Notes under the pieces: generated by a model
The model's input: the letters and a program-made list of their open reading frames with translations, nothing else
What the model was told of the DNA's origin: nothing
Database searches by the model: none
Translations under genes and position numbers: made by a program
Shown here: positions 37,683 to 46,129 of the stretch, piece by piece
How positions within the stretch are numbered: the stretch's first letter is position 1
How the letters are laid out: every line of letters starts with the position of its first letter
Virus record (IMG/VR): IMGVR_UViG_3300036886_000048
Coordinates: 1-57,034 of that record
Strand: one strand, 5' to 3'
Length of the DNA stretch: 57,034 bases
DNA from: a virus
Lineage: Duplodnaviria > Caudoviricetes

Positions 37683-39560
37683 TCATTGCAATTCCAATAA
37701 TTTTTCATCAAAATAAAGAGGGAAGTTAAGTTGCTGCTGGCTGACTCCTATTCCGGCGAGAATATCTTGCGCCTTCCGGATATACCAATCGTAGTCTACG
37801 TCGGTTGGAAACACGTCTGGAAGTTGCATTAACGGCATTGCGCCCTGACTGTCTGGAACCATGTTTCCTGTAGTCTTGTAGTGGATGGCAGTGCCAGTAG
37901 ACGTACTATGATAAAATCGAATTGCTTTTCCAACATAACAACCATCCTTCAATGCTCCACCGTTCACTTTTCGAACTGTGACGAACTTCCGAATATCGGT
38001 TGCCTTAGAAATTGTTTCTTCTAATGGAACGTCGTCACGCAAATATGCGATTACGGACTCTCCACATATTTCATTTAACGGACTATGTTTCAGATCAACT
38101 TCTGATCCTTCAACCAAACCGTAGTCACGGAAGATTCCAATTTTTTTAATCTTGCCGTTCATTTTGACTGCAAAATAATTATTCACATCGCGGGTATGCA
38201 ACATTAGATAAGGCGTTTCTTCCGTTTCAAAACCAGTTTGTTTTTCCCAAACCGAAACAATTTCCAACATTTTGTCTCGAAACAAACGAGGACACGCAAT
38301 CACCACGCCATCGGTATTTGCACTTACAACCGGAATGTGAGCAAGCTCCAACGCTTCGATTAGCATGAGCGACGCCAGTTGTCCAGTTAATGTAATCTGG
38401 AGCATCATCTTCGGAGCATATAGTTTAGAATACTTGCTATTTGTTTTACCAAAGGTTCCGTTAATCAAAACTTTCAATGATTCGGCATCATCTACATTTC
38501 CTTCGTCTTTGGTTTTCAATCTCGCCACAACAAAGATTTTAAATATTTTTAGAAACAACTCGGTCAGGTGCGGCGGAAACAAACCGCAGTTCAAAATAAT
38601 CGACGGATAATAACTGCGAACGTCCCTGTCAACCAGTATCGTGTCCAGATCGGTTTTATGCGAGGTGTTTGACTCACACGAATGTAAACCTCCCATTCCT
38701 AGTTGATATTCTTTTCCACAAATAGATATTGTTTTGTCTGATAGTTCGGGGTCTAGTCCGGTCAAGGTTCCGTTTGGTTGTGTAACAAAAGTCGAATTGA
38801 GAACTCGCTGGAGAACAGTGTTTAATTTCTCAGTTTGAAATGATATGAACTGTGGCGCAGAATATACGAATTTCATCCCCGCACGAAACTGAGGTCGTTT
38901 TACCGGGCCGTCCATGACTTTCTGAATTTCCGAACAAATGACGGCTTCGGCGCACTGAGCGTCGGATTTACTTCTCAGGTCAAGTCCGTATTTCTCTGAC
39001 ATTTTCACTCGAAGTTCGATAGGCCGTTTCAAAGCCGCATACAATTCCAGAGTAATCTGAATGTCGTTTCCACAATATTCTGCCACCGGGCGCATTTGAT
39101 CCAGTGTAAGCACGTCTGATGGGTCGTAGGGGAGGTCTTGCATCTTTTTGGTATGTAGCCTACCACCGTAGATTTTTAAGCTGTCTGCGACCCCCGGAGC
39201 GACTTCTATCAGGTCAATCTGGTCAAAGCGAGAATCGTTTATAAAGGCAAACGGTTTTAAATCGAATTCGTCATAGAATTGCCATGATTTTATACCGAAA
39301 ACAATGATCCTGTCGTTTGCAGATTTCAGTTGTTCGTTTGTTGCCCCTGATAAGGCATATGCAATCATCGGGAAATCGTAGTTGATCCCGTTGAAGGTAA
39401 TGACGGTATATTTCATCAGAACAGTTTTTAGACCGTCAACATCAAGTGGATGGCCTTCGTAAAGTTCGAAGTCCTTTGTTTTTCCGGTTTCCAGATTCTT
39501 AAATTTGCATAGCCAGTAATTCGGAAAACACTCTGTATCCATACCGCAAACGGGTTTCAT
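37683..39560 (-). CDS. family B DNA polymerase with 3'-5' exonuclease
   Basis: DTE, FNGINYD, YCGND; DVRSYYPS, K..INGTFGK, ANTDG. Confidence 0.93.
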   Translation of the reverse strand: MKPVCGMDTECFPNYWLCKFKNLETGKTKDFELYEGHPLDVDGLKTVLMKYTVITFNGINYDFPMIAYALSGATNEQLKSANDRIIVFGIKSWQFYDEFDLKPFAFINDSRFDQIDLIEVAPGVADSLKIYGGRLHTKKMQDLPYDPSDVLTLDQMRPVAEYCGNDIQITLELYAALKRPIELRVKMSEKYGLDLRSKSDAQCAEAVICSEIQKVMDGPVKRPQFRAGMKFVYSAPQFISFQTEKLNTVLQRVLNSTFVTQPNGTLTGLDPELSDKTISICGKEYQLGMGGLHSCESNTSHKTDLDTILVDRDVRSYYPSIILNCGLFPPHLTELFLKIFKIFVVARLKTKDEGNVDDAESLKVLINGTFGKTNSKYSKLYAPKMMLQITLTGQLASLMLIEALELAHIPVVSANTDGVVIACPRLFRDKMLEIVSVWEKQTGFETEETPYLMLHTRDVNNYFAVKMNGKIKKIGIFRDYGLVEGSEVDLKHSPLNEICGESVIAYLRDDVPLEETISKATDIRKFVTVRKVNGGALKDGCYVGKAIRFYHSTSTGTAIHYKTTGNMVPDSQGAMPLMQLPDVFPTDVDYDWYIRKAQDILAGIGVSQQQLNFPLYFDEKLLELQ

Positions 39561-39886
39561 TGAATACGCTTTCTCAGATTTTGCATGTTGACACTATGCG
39601 GGACACACCTTAATTTTTCGTATCGGTTATCGTCCCGGCAATGAAACTTGTGGTCAATATCCCGATCATCTGCAACCGAACCGTGCATATAAATCCAAAC
39701 CAATCGGTGAGCCTTATATTGAACTCCGTCGATTCGAATGACAACGTACCCATCCATGTTGATTGTTCCAAGTATATCACCCGGACGAACACCTTTAGAA
39801 CCTCTACCACGTTTCACCAAAGAAGTAAACAGACCAGTTTCAGGATCGTAGGTTACTAATTCTTTAAGTCGAGCTTGGGTAATCAT
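39557..39886 (-). CDS. HNH homing endonuclease-like protein
   Basis: YDPETG, AHRLVW, IDH...DN...LR...N. Confidence 0.85.
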   Translation of the reverse strand: MITQARLKELVTYDPETGLFTSLVKRGRGSKGVRPGDILGTINMDGYVVIRIDGVQYKAHRLVWIYMHGSVADDRDIDHKFHCRDDNRYEKLRCVPHSVNMQNLRKRIQ

Positions 39887-40008
39887 TGTTCAGGGCAAGA
39901 CTTGGATGCCAGACTAATTGACTTTGCATTATTCAACCTGACTAAACCGCACTTGGCACAATAGTGCCATTTAAGAATGTGCAAAGTAAATGCGTGAGGA
40001 TTATTCAT
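39883..40008 (-). CDS. 41-aa putative Zn-binding protein (not in ORF track)
   Basis: MNNPHAF...WHYCAKCGLVRLNN...C; ATGA overlaps on both sides. Confidence 0.6.
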   Translation of the reverse strand: MNNPHAFTLHILKWHYCAKCGLVRLNNAKSISLASKSCPEQ

Positions 40009-40610
40009 TTTCCCCTCGAAGTAATTGTTAAATCTCGATAGACTTTCACTCCCGGAATACTGAGTGTTTCTTGTTGGCTCAACGCAAAGGCATTTAAAAC
40101 CTTGTTGTCAAGTGCTAGAACTGCCCGGTAAGGTTTTCCTTTTTCAGTAGCGAGAAACTTGAGTAATTTCTCGAATGCCTTTGGATCGTTCGAATCGAGG
40201 TCTGCCTTCCAACGTTTCGATACTGAATTTCCAGCAGATTTTGATATAGGAATAACGACTTCTGTTCCAGACTTACGATCAAGAAATTGTTGTACTTCCT
40301 GTTCAGTAATGAACTTTTTCATTTCAGAATCCAGCAACGTTTTGCACTGGCCTAAAATATCAAGAGGACTTCGAAACAAATTCATTGCCGCCGCATGAGC
40401 CTCGTTCAATGGCCCGGTAATCGTTGCGCGTTTTTCCTCAAGAATTTTAATCTTGGATTTGATCGAGATAAGTTCTTCCCCGGCAAGTTCGTATGTGGCG
40501 GGACTGTCAACTTTAATTGCAATAGTTACGGTGTGCGCCGACTCTGCATCTGATAGAAGTTCGGCAAGATTGAGTGAACCGATTGCAAGTTGAATGTGCT
40601 GGTTTTCCAT
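40005..40610 (-). CDS. coiled-coil recombination-module protein
   Basis: LEEKR..IT.PL...F..P, IPGVKVY tail; next to exonuclease and ERF. Confidence 0.65.
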   Translation of the reverse strand: MENQHIQLAIGSLNLAELLSDAESAHTVTIAIKVDSPATYELAGEELISIKSKIKILEEKRATITGPLNEAHAAAMNLFRSPLDILGQCKTLLDSEMKKFITEQEVQQFLDRKSGTEVVIPISKSAGNSVSKRWKADLDSNDPKAFEKLLKFLATEKGKPYRAVLALDNKVLNAFALSQQETLSIPGVKVYRDLTITSRGK

Positions 40611-41320
40611 TATTTATTCCTTTCTTTCCATTCTTCGGCAGCATTGATGGCAGCAGTATTTGCATGGATTCTTGCCAGCAAAATTTTAAACAACTCCCAA
40701 TCCTGTTTGTATTTCCATTCGTCGTGAACGATCAACTGGTATTTTCCAGTTTTTTTAAGCCAGAGCGTTGCACGTTTTGCATCCCGTAATCGGCTATATT
40801 CTTCATTCTTGTGGCTGGCGTCATAGGGAACCATTGCTTTTTTCGCTTCCTGATACGCGACCAATTGGACACTGGCAGTCTTGCAAATAGCCGCAGTGTT
40901 TTTTACATCAACAAAATAAAGTTCAGGCATTTCCAGAAGAAAGTCCATAGTTCCTGCATATCTTAGTTCTGAATGAAAAACCTTTTGTTCACTCGAAACA
41001 ATCTTCGGTTTTTTTTCCTCGACAAACATTTTGAAAGCCTCGAAATAAGGCTCAGTTTCAACGAAGAACTCGTATTCGTCGAGGTCGTCTGGACAAGTTT
41101 CTGAAACAGATTGAAGTAACGGGTTCTCATTGTTCTTTTCTTTCGCGTAAATTTCTATTGCCCGGTGAATTGTAGTTCCTCTATCGGCAGCATGTTTTAA
41201 TACTTCTGGACGGATCATTGAAAAGTCATTGAGCGCGGAAATTACATTCGTGACGCTCGGAACTATTTGCCCGTCCAGATAGTAAGCGTGAACCTTTTCA
41301 TCGAAAACTAAGTCACTCAT
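40610..41320 (-). CDS. PD-(D/E)XK (Cas4-like) exonuclease
   Basis: PSVT, RGT.IH, YAGTMD, VDVK, QLVAY. Confidence 0.85.
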   Translation of the reverse strand: MSDLVFDEKVHAYYLDGQIVPSVTNVISALNDFSMIRPEVLKHAADRGTTIHRAIEIYAKEKNNENPLLQSVSETCPDDLDEYEFFVETEPYFEAFKMFVEEKKPKIVSSEQKVFHSELRYAGTMDFLLEMPELYFVDVKNTAAICKTASVQLVAYQEAKKAMVPYDASHKNEEYSRLRDAKRATLWLKKTGKYQLIVHDEWKYKQDWELFKILLARIHANTAAINAAEEWKERNK

Positions 41321-41964
41321 TTTTTGCCTTTCAGCGTAGTCTTGATTGCCACAAACTCTGCCTTGGTCATTTCTTTGTAGTCCTCACCAAGCAGTCGATC
41401 AATCCCTGCCTCAGTCAAAATATCCGAAACGCTAGTTTCTTTAAGGGCCTTGAATTTTGCTTTGATGAACGCAATTTCGCCTACTTCGGCGGGAGGGCTG
41501 TCTGTGGCGGAAACTGTCGGTTCAGGCTGAGTTTTAGGTGAAGCCTTAGGTTTTGTTTTTCCGTTTGGTGTCTGTTGAACACCGTCTGTATCGCCTGTCA
41601 TTTGATCTAGGGCGTCGTGTTCGACAATCTCAAGCGCAGTTGTCCAAAGATACCTACGCAAATACGATTCCACCGCACCCAAATTTTGAACAGGGTGGCA
41701 ACCTTTTAAAGCCGCTTCGGACATGGGCGAAGTAACTATCACTTCGCTATTATCGTCGGTATCCGTGATCGTAAGTGTGGCTAATTCGCCAGTATAACGA
41801 ACTAATCCACAAAGTCCGAGTTTATGAAAAATTAGTTGTATTGCCGGAAGAAAATCTTCAAGTTCGAAGTAACTATTGCCGGAATACTCGTTTTTTCCGG
41901 TCTTTTTAAGCGAAGTTGCTTGAAGGTCTACTCTGGCCTGCATCAGTTTTTTAAGTACGCTCAT
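41317..41964 (-). CDS. ERF-family single-strand annealing protein
   Basis: KK.G.N....Y.EL.D, Q.LGAVESYLRRY; GGAG RBS before ATG 41964. Confidence 0.85.
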   Translation of the reverse strand: MSVLKKLMQARVDLQATSLKKTGKNEYSGNSYFELEDFLPAIQLIFHKLGLCGLVRYTGELATLTITDTDDNSEVIVTSPMSEAALKGCHPVQNLGAVESYLRRYLWTTALEIVEHDALDQMTGDTDGVQQTPNGKTKPKASPKTQPEPTVSATDSPPAEVGEIAFIKAKFKALKETSVSDILTEAGIDRLLGEDYKEMTKAEFVAIKTTLKGKK

Positions 41965-42067
41965 TTTGCGGTTCTCCGTGGAAAAATTGAACGGGTTACG
42001 GTTCCCGCTTTGCCCGGTAATGCCTCGCCCACATTCGGGTGGTATCTCTGGCAACGATTTGAGGCAC

Positions 42068-42096
42068 ATTAAACCACAGTTTGATTCAAATGTCAA
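42068..42096 (-). promoter_or_regulatory. leftward sigma70 promoter
   Basis: Minus strand TTGACA-17-TTTAAT, extended -10. Confidence 0.75.
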
Positions 42097-42129
42097 GCGA
42101 TTTAACTTGGCGAGGGCGGTTAATAAACC

Positions 42130-42158
42130 TTGACTTTTAACCGAAGTTATGGTAAGAT
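42130..42158 (+). promoter_or_regulatory. rightward sigma70 promoter of the ncRNA cluster
   Basis: TTGACT-17-TAAGAT, extended -10. Confidence 0.75.
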
Positions 42159-42166
42159 GTATGCAA

Positions 42167-42234
42167 GGTTGTGAAATTGATTAAATGTTGCCCGACAAAA
42201 CTTAATTGGTATTCGGAACAACAATTTTGCAACC
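42167..42234 (+). ncRNA. structured RNA domain 1 (unknown)
   Basis: 13-bp closing stem GGTTGTGAAATTG/CAATTTTGCAACC with G-U pairs. Confidence 0.55.
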
Positions 42235-42235
42235 G

Positions 42236-42344
42236 TTGCCGCATGATCCCATGAGTCGATAGTAGGTGAATGGGAATGGTTCGTTACCGATAAAAGTAAT
42301 CCTCCGAATAACGTGAACGGAGGCGTCTATCGACAAAGCGGCAA
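42236..42344 (+). ncRNA. structured RNA domain 2, possible pseudoknot
   Basis: TTGCCGC/GCGGCAA, GTCGATAG/CTATCGAC, CCTCCG/CGGAGG; crossing TCCCAT/ATGGGA. Confidence 0.6.
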
Positions 42345-42349
42345 GATTT

Positions 42350-42425
42350 CGAGGGGTAGCTCAGTCTGGTAGAGCTGGAGCCTCATAAGCTCAATGTCGC
42401 AAGTTCGAATCTTGCCCCCGCAACC
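42350..42425 (+). tRNA. tRNA-Met(CAT) with initiator-like acceptor end
   Basis: D stem GCTC/GAGC, CT-CAT-AA loop, GCAAG-TTCGAAT-CTTGC T arm, C1:A72. Confidence 0.9.
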
Positions 42426-42530
42426 GAACTTAGACGTTACCGAAAACCGTAGATTACCGGGCAAGCCGCATTGCTACGTCAGTAGGGTAAATCGAAGTTG
42501 ACTTACGCCGGATGGAAAGAATCTGGCACG

Positions 42531-42592
42531 AATTGCAACAGAGAAGGAGGTGATCCTAGTCTGAACAGACCCGAAGAGAGTCGATTGCAGTT
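42531..42592 (+). ncRNA. structured RNA with extended 16S-complementary element
   Basis: AATTGCAA/TTGCAGTT stem enclosing AAGGAGGTGATCC. Confidence 0.55.
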
Positions 42593-42594
42593 TT

Positions 42595-42631
42595 AGACCA
42601 ACATAATTCCGGTTAGTTGGTCTTTTTTTTT
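42595..42631 (+). terminator. intrinsic terminator
   Basis: AGACCAAC/GTTGGTCT followed by a long T run. Confidence 0.9.
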
Positions 42632-42648
42632 GCTCAAAAATATTTATG

Positions 42649-42852
42649 TTGACAGTTTTTTAAATTTGTGTTAAACTACGAGCGTGTTCAAACGGAGTAT
42701 AACCCTCTTTTAATAACTATATCACTAAAGGTTTTACGTTATATACGTTGTTAGAAAGAGTAATTATATCCACAAAATACTAGATATTAATATTAATACT
42801 ATATACGCGAGAGAATAAACCGTTTGCTTTTTCTTGCGGTTTGTGCTAGTAT
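42649..42852 (+). other. AT-rich putative replication origin with promoters
   Basis: TTGACA-17-TAAACT; long imperfect inverted repeat; ATATCCACA; directly upstream of helicase/primase. Confidence 0.45.
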
Positions 42853-42860
42853 TCGTGCCT

Positions 42861-44315
42861 ATGGAACTTCGAACTTATCAATCAACCTGTATCGAAAATT
42901 GCCGAAAAGCACTCGCTGAGGCATTTTCTGTAATCTTGTTGTATTCACCCACTGGTTCTGGAAAAACGGTGGTTGCATCGAACATCATGGAACGAGCCGC
43001 GACCAAAGGAAAACGGGTTATTTTTGTGGTGAATAGGGTTCACTTGGTCAAGCAGGCCAGCAAACATTTAAAAAACATCGGACTCACTCACGGTATTGTT
43101 CAATCCGACAACACATGGGGAACTGACAGAAACGTTTTGGTGTGTTCTGTACAAACACTTACCCGTCGCGGTTATCCTGACGCAGACTTGGTGATAATCG
43201 ACGAGGCTCACGGCATAACTTCGGACACATACCAGCGACTGATCGAGTATTATCGTTCAAATAACGTTCCGATCATTGGTCTGACAGCCACACCTTTCAC
43301 CAAAGGGTTAGGAAAAACCTTCCAGAAACTAGTTGTGGCAGCGACGATTCCAGAATTGATTAAATTGGGGCATCTGGTAGACTGTGAAATTTATGCACCA
43401 CCGGGGCCGGATTTGACGAACGTGCCGATAGTGAACGGTGATTACGAAGAACAATCCCTTGGAAAAGCGGTAGACCAGCACGACCTGATTGCAGACATTG
43501 TTGATACGTGGCTCGAACACAGTGGAGGACTTTCGACAATTCTGTTTGCCACAAACATTTTGCATAGCAAACACTGTTGCGACGAATTCAATTCTCGCGG
43601 TATTCCGGCAGAGCATGTGGATTGTTACACTTCTGACGACGAACGGGAAGCAGTCCAGCAACGCTTCGATACAGGTGTCACACTCGTTTTATGCAATGTG
43701 GATGTGTACTCTGAAGGTTGGGACTGTCCGAGGGCCACAGTGATGATTCTAGCACGTCCTACGCGCAAATTAACTAGATACATCCAACGTGCAGGACGGA
43801 TTTTAAGACCGTTTCCGGGAAAAACTATTGGATTGATTTTAGATCATTCAAAAACGTCATGGGAGTTTGGTTATCCTACTGACGAACTGCCTTTGGAACT
43901 CAATACTAAAACGCCTGCGAAGAAAAGCGAACCTTCCGACAAAAAGGAAAAAATCGCAAAACCTTGTCCCAAGTGTCACTTCCTGATTCCCCCCGGAGTA
44001 TACCCGTGTCCGAAATGCGGATTCGCAATGCAGGCGCAAAACGAAATCGAAGTAGGGGAAGGAAAACTAACAAAACTCCAGCGTAAATACCTGTTTACAC
44101 CGGATCAATTGCAGGAATTCTGGGGCGGTTGTTTGTTCTTGGCTGAGAAGCGTGGAAAACCCCGGACATGGGCGGCAAGGCTCTACAGCGACATTACTCA
44201 CAAATGGCCTAAAGGTTTGAACGAAATATCTTGCAATCCCAATCAGACTGTGTTAAACTTCGACGTACACGCTAGGATTAAGGCGAGTTTTTACAACAAA
44301 AGGAAATCGTCATGA
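42861..44315 (+). CDS. SF2 DEAH helicase with C-terminal Zn finger
   Basis: LRTYQ, SPTGSGKT, DEAH, GLTATP, QRAGRILR, CPKC-CPKC. Confidence 0.93.
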   Translation: MELRTYQSTCIENCRKALAEAFSVILLYSPTGSGKTVVASNIMERAATKGKRVIFVVNRVHLVKQASKHLKNIGLTHGIVQSDNTWGTDRNVLVCSVQTLTRRGYPDADLVIIDEAHGITSDTYQRLIEYYRSNNVPIIGLTATPFTKGLGKTFQKLVVAATIPELIKLGHLVDCEIYAPPGPDLTNVPIVNGDYEEQSLGKAVDQHDLIADIVDTWLEHSGGLSTILFATNILHSKHCCDEFNSRGIPAEHVDCYTSDDEREAVQQRFDTGVTLVLCNVDVYSEGWDCPRATVMILARPTRKLTRYIQRAGRILRPFPGKTIGLILDHSKTSWEFGYPTDELPLELNTKTPAKKSEPSDKKEKIAKPCPKCHFLIPPGVYPCPKCGFAMQAQNEIEVGEGKLTKLQRKYLFTPDQLQEFWGGCLFLAEKRGKPRTWAARLYSDITHKWPKGLNEISCNPNQTVLNFDVHARIKASFYNKRKSS

Positions 44316-44503
44316 TAACTCCAAATGTTCCAGCATTTCCAACCTCACCCGAACTTCGAGGGGGCTTGACTAAACGGGAATATTATGCGGCAGAAGCAAT
44401 GAAATCTTTAATCATACTTGAGGGTGCTAACCCTTGTTTAAAGCGAGTTGCAGCACAGGCATGGATTCAGGCTGACGCGCTGCTGGAAGCCGAAGAAAAA
44501 TGA
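44312..44503 (+). CDS. conserved small phage protein
   Basis: PAFP...GLTKREYYAAEAM...ADALL. Confidence 0.75.
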   Translation: MITPNVPAFPTSPELRGGLTKREYYAAEAMKSLIILEGANPCLKRVAAQAWIQADALLEAEEK

Positions 44504-45447
44504 ACTTTCAAGAACAGACTAGAGGACATTGGAGACAGATTCTCTCGGAATTGATAGGAGAAGAATTTGTCACAGGAAAACACGGAGCCTGCCCCTTGTG
44601 TGGAGGAACGGATCGTTTCAGGTTCGACAACAAAGACGGATTGGGAACGTATTATTGCAACCAGTGCGGAGCCGGAACAGGAATTACGCTGGTTTGTAAG
44701 TATCTCGAAGTGCAACTTTCTGACGCATGGAAAACTGTAATCGCATTGCTGCCATCAACCGAAGCCGAACAAGAAAAACCAAAATCAGATCACCGTAACG
44801 TAATAAAGTTTTTATGTAGCTCGTCGGTTCCGGCAGGTGACAGTGTACACGAATATCTTCGAAACAGGGGAATCCTAGTCGTTCCAATTGCAATTCGGCA
44901 AGTAAAGTTTGTAGATTATTCTGATCCAGAAAATAAATCCTATCAGGCCATGATTTGCACGATGCAAAAAAATAAACGGGTAACGGGTATCCACCTGACG
45001 TTAGTTGAGGATGGAAAAAAAGCACCGATTCCCAATCCTCGCAGACTTTTTAAAATGTCAGACGGAGCATTAAAGGGATCGTCAGTACATCTTTTTCCTG
45101 ATGTATGGGCGGCTACAAATTCTACACTTTTGGAACAACTTGAAATACCGAAAGAGCAGGCTTCGATTGTAACTGGTGAAGGAATCGAAACTACTCTTTC
45201 GGCAATGGTTTTAGCAAAAAGCCGTAGTTTAAATTATGACGGAATTGACATAATTGCAAGTGATAATGATTTTAAATATGGAGGCCAAGCGGCAGCGTAT
45301 GCTCTTGCCTATAGATTATCCAGAACCCGTCAGGTAAAAGTTATTGTTCCTGAACGGGTAGGTTCTGATTGGAACGACTATTTAATGTCGCTCCCGCCAG
45401 AAACTCGCAAACAACTGTGGAACGAATTTGTCAGGAGAACAACGTGA
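44500..45447 (+). CDS. DNA primase (Zn-binding + TOPRIM) with permuted TOPRIM segments
   Basis: CPLCGGTDRFRFD, YLRNRGI, EGIET, SDND, DWND. Confidence 0.88.
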   Translation: MNFQEQTRGHWRQILSELIGEEFVTGKHGACPLCGGTDRFRFDNKDGLGTYYCNQCGAGTGITLVCKYLEVQLSDAWKTVIALLPSTEAEQEKPKSDHRNVIKFLCSSSVPAGDSVHEYLRNRGILVVPIAIRQVKFVDYSDPENKSYQAMICTMQKNKRVTGIHLTLVEDGKKAPIPNPRRLFKMSDGALKGSSVHLFPDVWAATNSTLLEQLEIPKEQASIVTGEGIETTLSAMVLAKSRSLNYDGIDIIASDNDFKYGGQAAAYALAYRLSRTRQVKVIVPERVGSDWNDYLMSLPPETRKQLWNEFVRRTT

Positions 45448-45860
45448 GAAAATTATTATGCGAATTTTTTCCACTGACGTTGATGTTGGCGGATGACGAA
45501 AAGACCTTGGGACGTATACTGGATCAATACGGAATCTCCGCAGTTGAGTTTCCCGGTCCACACTCGGCGGTTACGATAACCGCGGTGACGCCTCAATACG
45601 GATTAGTTGCGATTGTGGCTTTTGGAAATTATTCAAACACTACCATGATCGAAGTTATATCTACTTTTTTCCATGAAGCAGTCCATGTCCAACAGGCCGT
45701 TTTTAGATACGTTGGCGGAAGTGACTTTAGTGATGAAACCGAAGCCTACGGAATTGAATATTACGGGCGGTACTTACTCAAAGAGTATTTGTATCGCAAA
45801 CAGAAGAAACTCCAAACCGGGAGATTGAAGAAACTCCAAACCGGGAGATTGAAGAAATGA
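45444..45860 (+). CDS. small HExxH protein
   Basis: HEAVH...E.EAY; AGGAG RBS before GTG. Confidence 0.7.
   Translation: MRKLLCEFFPLTLMLADDEKTLGRILDQYGISAVEFPGPHSAVTITAVTPQYGLVAIVAFGNYSNTTMIEVISTFFHEAVHVQQAVFRYVGGSDFSDETEAYGIEYYGRYLLKEYLYRKQKKLQTGRLKKLQTGRLKK
45803..45857 (+). repeat. perfect 24-bp tandem duplication
   Basis: GAAGAAACTCCAAACCGGGAGATT x2 + GAAGAAA. Confidence 0.95.
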
Positions 45861-46129
45861 AATATCTACTTTGTCGCGTTGAAGTTATTCCGTCAGAGAA
45901 AATTACAGACAATGTTAAAAAAACAGTGCTGGCTGAATTTGATTGTTCTTTGAACGGATTGGAAAACGCATGTATGGCGGCAGATCGTTTCCAGTTTGCA
46001 GACGGTTTTCCGTTAGTGACGTATGAGGTATTCGAGTCTGGAACTAACACTTCGATTTTCAAAGGTCGTTATGGAAAATATCTCGAAATATTTCTTGCTA
46101 GAGTAAAAAGTTATTCGGAGACTGACTAA
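45857..46129 (+). CDS. hypothetical protein
   Basis: ATGA overlap. Confidence 0.65.
   Translation: MKYLLCRVEVIPSEKITDNVKKTVLAEFDCSLNGLENACMAADRFQFADGFPLVTYEVFESGTNTSIFKGRYGKYLEIFLARVKSYSETD

Noticed and set aside
40610-41320. Cas4 as part of a CRISPR system
   Set aside because: Its context (ERF, PolB) is the standard phage recombination module.
41965-42096. N-terminal extension of the ERF ORF in the track
   Set aside because: It overlaps the promoter and leader; the RBS supports ATG at 41964.
42437-42445. ncRNA guide for primase unscrambling (TACCGAAA shared with a junction)
   Set aside because: An 8-nt match to one side only, expected by chance.
41965-42530. c-di-GMP riboswitch partnering the GGDEF domain
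   Set aside because: GGGCAAA-like words occur, but I could not build the class I or II architecture by eye.
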